Source of the DNA: Candidatus Hermodarchaeota archaeon
GTDB lineage: Archaea > Asgardarchaeota > Lokiarchaeia > Sigyniarchaeales > SOKP01
Assembly (NCBI GenBank): GCA_048885525.1
Contig: JBHLLP010000061.1
Span: 1-10,075 of the forward strand
DNA: 10,075 bases
Direction: 5' to 3'
Positions 6,753-10,075 of this stretch are shown here, one piece after another (the first letter of the stretch is position 1; each line of letters starts with the position of its first letter). A program made the translations under genes and the position numbers. The notes beneath the pieces were generated by a model. That model worked only from the letters and a program-made list of their open reading frames with translations, was not told the origin of the DNA and made no database searches.

Positions 6753-7391
6753 CTATTCTTTATCAAAACTATTTCCACATTCACTGCAGATCTGAGAATT
6801 AAATGGTAAAGATGCTCCACAATTTGGACAATATATATTTTGAAAGGGTATTGGGGGTTCTGCCGAAACCTCCCTTTCTACTTTAATATCCTCTCCCTCT
6901 TCTGCCCGTTTTTCTTCTTCCTTAACTTTCGGTGGTTTTACTTTCTTTATAAAAGCTCGTCCTATTATAGCTATAACTACCCCCAAAAAACCCACTCCGG
7001 AGCCATAGTCGAATTTATTATAAAGATCATCCAGAATTTGGTCATACGGCGGATCTATTACAATTCCTGTGAAATTTACTACTTGAGTAATTATCCATAT
7101 AATTAAAGCTGCTGTACCAAAAGCTAACCCAATCCATATTATAAATTTCCCGAACCTCAGTGCACCTAATGCAATCAATATTGCTCCAGCAATTATTGCT
7201 ATTCCTCCTAAATCTGCAATCCACCTAAATATGATATTAATTAACAAGTTAAAAAAGGGTTCGTAATCAGGCCATTGAGCTGCGACCATCTCATAAAGAG
7301 ATTCAAATACTTTAATACTTCCAATTACAGAACCAAAGATCATACATATTCCGCCGATAATTAATAAAATAATTCCTGTTTTATGCTTCAT
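6753..7391 (-). CDS. 4-TM membrane protein with C-terminal zinc ribbon
   Basis: Four hydrophobic helices, a charged linker, then CPNCG-x8-CSECG. SD-like TGAGGA at 7406-7401. Confidence 0.85.
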   Translation of the reverse strand: MKHKTGIILLIIGGICMIFGSVIGSIKVFESLYEMVAAQWPDYEPFFNLLINIIFRWIADLGGIAIIAGAILIALGALRFGKFIIWIGLAFGTAALIIWIITQVVNFTGIVIDPPYDQILDDLYNKFDYGSGVGFLGVVIAIIGRAFIKKVKPPKVKEEEKRAEEGEDIKVEREVSAEPPIPFQNIYCPNCGASLPFNSQICSECGNSFDKE

Positions 7392-7435
7392 GAAATTTCT
7401 TCCTCATTTAAAATTTCTTTTTTGAAGTGACCTTA

Positions 7436-7451
7436 AATAATTATAACCTTT
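7436..7451 (-). promoter_or_regulatory. Putative BRE/TATA promoter for the zinc-ribbon membrane gene (and possibly fdhD)
   Basis: The minus strand reads AAAGG-TTATAATT about 50 nt upstream of ATG 7391. The AT-rich background limits certainty. Confidence 0.4.
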
Positions 7452-7602
7452 ATTTGTTTGTAATATTTTTTTAAATTTAAACAATTATCTGTTTATTTTG
7501 TTTAATAAAAAAGTAATTCTCAGCATAGAATCAAGTTGTAGTTATACAATTTGGATGTGTATAAATGTTCATCCTTTTCCCTCTAACAAATTATATTAGT
7601 AT

Positions 7603-8454
7603 TTAAACGGCAACGTATAATCTGCCATTAGAGCTTTTTGATACTTCTCCGGTTTTTTTATCAATTTTGGAATGATTTTTCTCAACAGAATGATCTCCGC
7701 TATATTCAATAAATTTTCCTTGAATTTTTTCTCCACTCATCAATTCAATTTCTTTTACCTCTCCTAACTTTTTATAGGAGGGAAGAATTCTCGAAATTTT
7801 GCCCTTTACAACTATTGTTCCCCGTACTTGATCTGCTCCAATACATCTATCACAATCACCTTCTACAATAATAGTGCCTCCATGACTATGAATTCCTAGA
7901 AATGATCCAGCACCACCACAAATTAATGTTGGAAACCGTTTGGCTGGTTTTGATCCGGTTACCCATGATAACGCTTCATTCCCAATCTTACCCTTTACTT
8001 TAATTAACCCATTTTCCATTCCCTTCCAAAAACCTCTGTATGCTGCACCAACATAATGTCCAGCATTACCAGTAATTTCTAATTCTCCACCCTTTAACAT
8101 AGCACCTGCCCAATCGTCAGCATCACCATTTACTAATATCTTTCCTCCTGACATATTATTTCCTACATGCATCCCGACATTACCATTTATAACAATTTCT
8201 CCACCTGTCATTTTTTCTCCTATTCTCTTAACATTTGAAACGTCTCCCTCAATTATAATTTTGGTATCGTTGATTTCTCCTCCATTTCCTGAAATATTAA
8301 AAAAATCTCCTAAAGTTTTTTCCTCATTTCCGTGATAAACTATAAGCTTCTTAATTTCAGCTGCTGATTTTCCAGAGAATTTATCTGGTGATATAGTTTC
8401 AGCTTCTAATGGATATTCAGGATTTTTTTTTAATTCTAACTTAACTTCTGCCAT
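7603..8454 (-). CDS. fwdC: Formylmethanofuran dehydrogenase subunit C
   Basis: PLEAETISPD, GN....LGDFF and GDVSNVKRIG..M..G, followed by GxGxxMxGG beta-helix repeats and VGAAYRG...GM..G. Confidence 0.95.
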   Translation of the reverse strand: MAEVKLELKKNPEYPLEAETISPDKFSGKSAAEIKKLIVYHGNEEKTLGDFFNISGNGGEINDTKIIIEGDVSNVKRIGEKMTGGEIVINGNVGMHVGNNMSGGKILVNGDADDWAGAMLKGGELEITGNAGHYVGAAYRGFWKGMENGLIKVKGKIGNEALSWVTGSKPAKRFPTLICGGAGSFLGIHSHGGTIIVEGDCDRCIGADQVRGTIVVKGKISRILPSYKKLGEVKEIELMSGEKIQGKFIEYSGDHSVEKNHSKIDKKTGEVSKSSNGRLYVAV

Positions 8455-8458
8455 ACAT

Positions 8459-9784
8459 TTATTCCCCCTTTTTACTTTTTACAGCTTTTATTAATCTCTC
8501 TAATATTTCTTCGTCAGTTAAACATTCACCAGGTGCTTCTTTAACCTTTCTTAGTCTTAATGGTACACTATCCATACGATATGCTGTACCTTCACATTCA
8601 ATGCCAGCTATAGCAGGTGGTAAAATAATATCTGAATTCACAGATGTTGGTGTATGGTGAGGTTCAATTGTAATTATAGGATGTTTAAACAAATTCCTTA
8701 CTGCCGCAGCTGGAAAATTACTTGCTGGATCAGAAGCAACAATAAGAGATGCATCAATTTCATCCTTTAATAGAACATCTACAGAGGAAAATTCTCCGGG
8801 GTTATAACGCGGATATCCCTTTGAGAAGTCTATAGAATAGGAATATCCTGTTTGCCATGAAAATACTTGATTTGCTCCAGCAACATTATAATGTCCCCGC
8901 ATAGGGGTTAGTAAAAATTTAGTATGATCATTTAACTCGCGTACAAGACAAATTGCAGCATCAATGTTCCTATGATGTGATAAAGTTTGAGTTAATCCCA
9001 TTCCGAAAAAAATAACTCCAAATTTACATGATTTTAAAGCATTAACTAATTCTATGATTTTATCTTTTGGAACTCCTGAAATTTCATCACCATCTAATTC
9101 AACACCTCTTAATGTTGCCCTTATTGCATTAATTAATTCATAATCTTCACTTGGATTAACTTGAATATGGATGTCAGCTAATTGAGCTGTGTTCGTATTT
9201 CTCGGATCCACAACTATAATAAATCGATCATTTCTCCCATCTTTTCTAAAATATCCTCGAATAAAGTCGCTATACCTTCCTAGGTGTCGTGGATGTGCAT
9301 GAACAGGATTACTACCCCAAAATACCACTAGATCTGCTCTATTTTTATATTCACCTAAAGTAGACGTAGGTGCACCAACATCTTGAATTGCTAGTAATGA
9401 AGGACCATGACATACTGAAGCTGTATTATCTAAAATCCCTCCTAATAATTCTGCTAATTCCACACCCTTTCCTTGAGCCTCACATTCAGTACTTGAAAAT
9501 CCATAAAGTAATGGTCTTTTCGTATTTACTAGAATATCAGCTGCTTTGTCAATCGCTTCATCCCATGTTACTTCTTTAAATGAACCATTATCTTTAATAA
9601 GGGGTTTTTCATATCTATGTTTACTCGGATTGGACGAGAAATATTTCTTAGTGCCGATTTGGCATCCGTTTCGAACTTCTACTACTTTTTCCTCTTTTAT
9701 ATCAATATCTATTTCTAGATCATCACATAAAGTACCACAAAAGGGACAAATTACATCAGTAACAGTTCTAATTTTTTCTACCAT
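8459..9784 (-). CDS. fwdB: Formylmethanofuran dehydrogenase subunit B (W/Mo-bis-PGD catalytic subunit), Cys form
   Basis: CPFCGTLCDD...C [4Fe-4S] motif. DNTASVCHGP metal ligand (TGT, Cys). TLGE.KNRAD.VVFWG.NP.HAHPRH..RY, MRGHYNV.G, RYNPGE and GTAYRMD.VP. SD GGAGG upstream within the fwdD end. Confidence 0.96.
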   Translation of the reverse strand: MVEKIRTVTDVICPFCGTLCDDLEIDIDIKEEKVVEVRNGCQIGTKKYFSSNPSKHRYEKPLIKDNGSFKEVTWDEAIDKAADILVNTKRPLLYGFSSTECEAQGKGVELAELLGGILDNTASVCHGPSLLAIQDVGAPTSTLGEYKNRADLVVFWGSNPVHAHPRHLGRYSDFIRGYFRKDGRNDRFIIVVDPRNTNTAQLADIHIQVNPSEDYELINAIRATLRGVELDGDEISGVPKDKIIELVNALKSCKFGVIFFGMGLTQTLSHHRNIDAAICLVRELNDHTKFLLTPMRGHYNVAGANQVFSWQTGYSYSIDFSKGYPRYNPGEFSSVDVLLKDEIDASLIVASDPASNFPAAAVRNLFKHPIITIEPHHTPTSVNSDIILPPAIAGIECEGTAYRMDSVPLRLRKVKEAPGECLTDEEILERLIKAVKSKKGE

Positions 9785-9787
9785 CTT

Positions 9788-10075
9788 TTAAGCCTCCCTT
9801 AATAGATTAATTAAATTTACGGCATCCAAAACTTTTCCACCCGGTACTGCCTCTACTCGTGCCTTCATCCCTTTATATGTAGGAGTACCGCATGATTGAG
9901 AGTCAGGATTGACTACTTGATTAGCCCAAGGACCCATTGGAATAAAAATAATTCCTGGATGTGGACCTTCTTCAGAAATCGTAGAATATACTACAACTTC
10001 ACCATAATCTGTAGACACTTTAACTGGTGTTCCAACAAGGCAGTCTAATTTCTTGAAATCCTCTTTATCAAAAGC
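9788..10075 (-). CDS. fwdD: Formylmethanofuran dehydrogenase subunit D (5' end outside window)
   Basis: The frame stays open to the right edge (AFDKEDFKKLDCLVGTPVKVSTDYGEVVV...), so the ORF-track start at 10018 is an internal GTG. Motif GIIFIPMGPWANQVV...CGTPTYKG. It ends 3 nt before fwdB. Confidence 0.93.
   Translation of the reverse strand, partial: AFDKEDFKKLDCLVGTPVKVSTDYGEVVVYSTISEEGPHPGIIFIPMGPWANQVVNPDSQSCGTPTYKGMKARVEAVPGGKVLDAVNLINLLREA

Noticed and set aside
5523-7224. ORFs 5523-5720, 6272-6628, 6840-7106 and 7042-7224
   Set aside because: They are antisense or off-frame overlaps of hdrB, fdhD and the zinc-ribbon gene, with no recognisable features.
7525-7580. SECIS-like AUGA...AAA...UGAU on the minus strand after fwdC
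   Set aside because: Bases next to the putative GA quartet do not pair, leaving only a 7-bp upper stem, and there is no Sec codon in the visible upstream genes.
9400-9425. Possible selenocysteine form of FwdB (FwuB)
   Set aside because: The metal-ligand codon in ASVCHGP is TGT (Cys). No called gene in the window ends in or reads through TGA.
9370-9791. Plus-strand ORFs 9370-9579 and 9546-9791
   Set aside because: They are antisense shadows of fwdB.
1-10075. CRISPR array, tRNA/rRNA, transposase or integrase
   Set aside because: No regularly spaced repeats, no GC-rich structured RNA segments in the short AT-rich spacers, and no recombinase or transposase motifs were seen.

Overview
AT-rich (roughly 30% GC by eye) archaeal window with 11 protein-coding genes and no recognisable RNA gene, CRISPR array or mobile element. 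Gene content suggests an Asgard archaeon of the Lokiarchaeia type, which is an inference from the Fwd/Hdr genes, the AlaX-L gene and the membrane proteins with C-terminal zinc fingers. The left part holds a haloalkane dehalogenase of the DhlA/HLD-I type on the minus strand (missed by the ORF track, runs off the left edge). Divergent from it are a trans-editing AlaX-L gene, a 7-TM protein fused to a C4HC3 RING/PHD-like finger with a tandem palindromic operator upstream, a 4-TM hypothetical protein and a DUF998/Frag1-like membrane protein. The right part is all on the minus strand: fwdD (partial)-fwdB-fwdC, a membrane protein with a zinc ribbon, fdhD and an isolated hdrB. The most notable items are the receptor-like 7TM-RING/PHD fusion with its operator pair, the dehalogenase with Phe where DhlA has its second halide-binding Trp, and the fwdDBC/fdhD/orphan hdrB neighbourhood.
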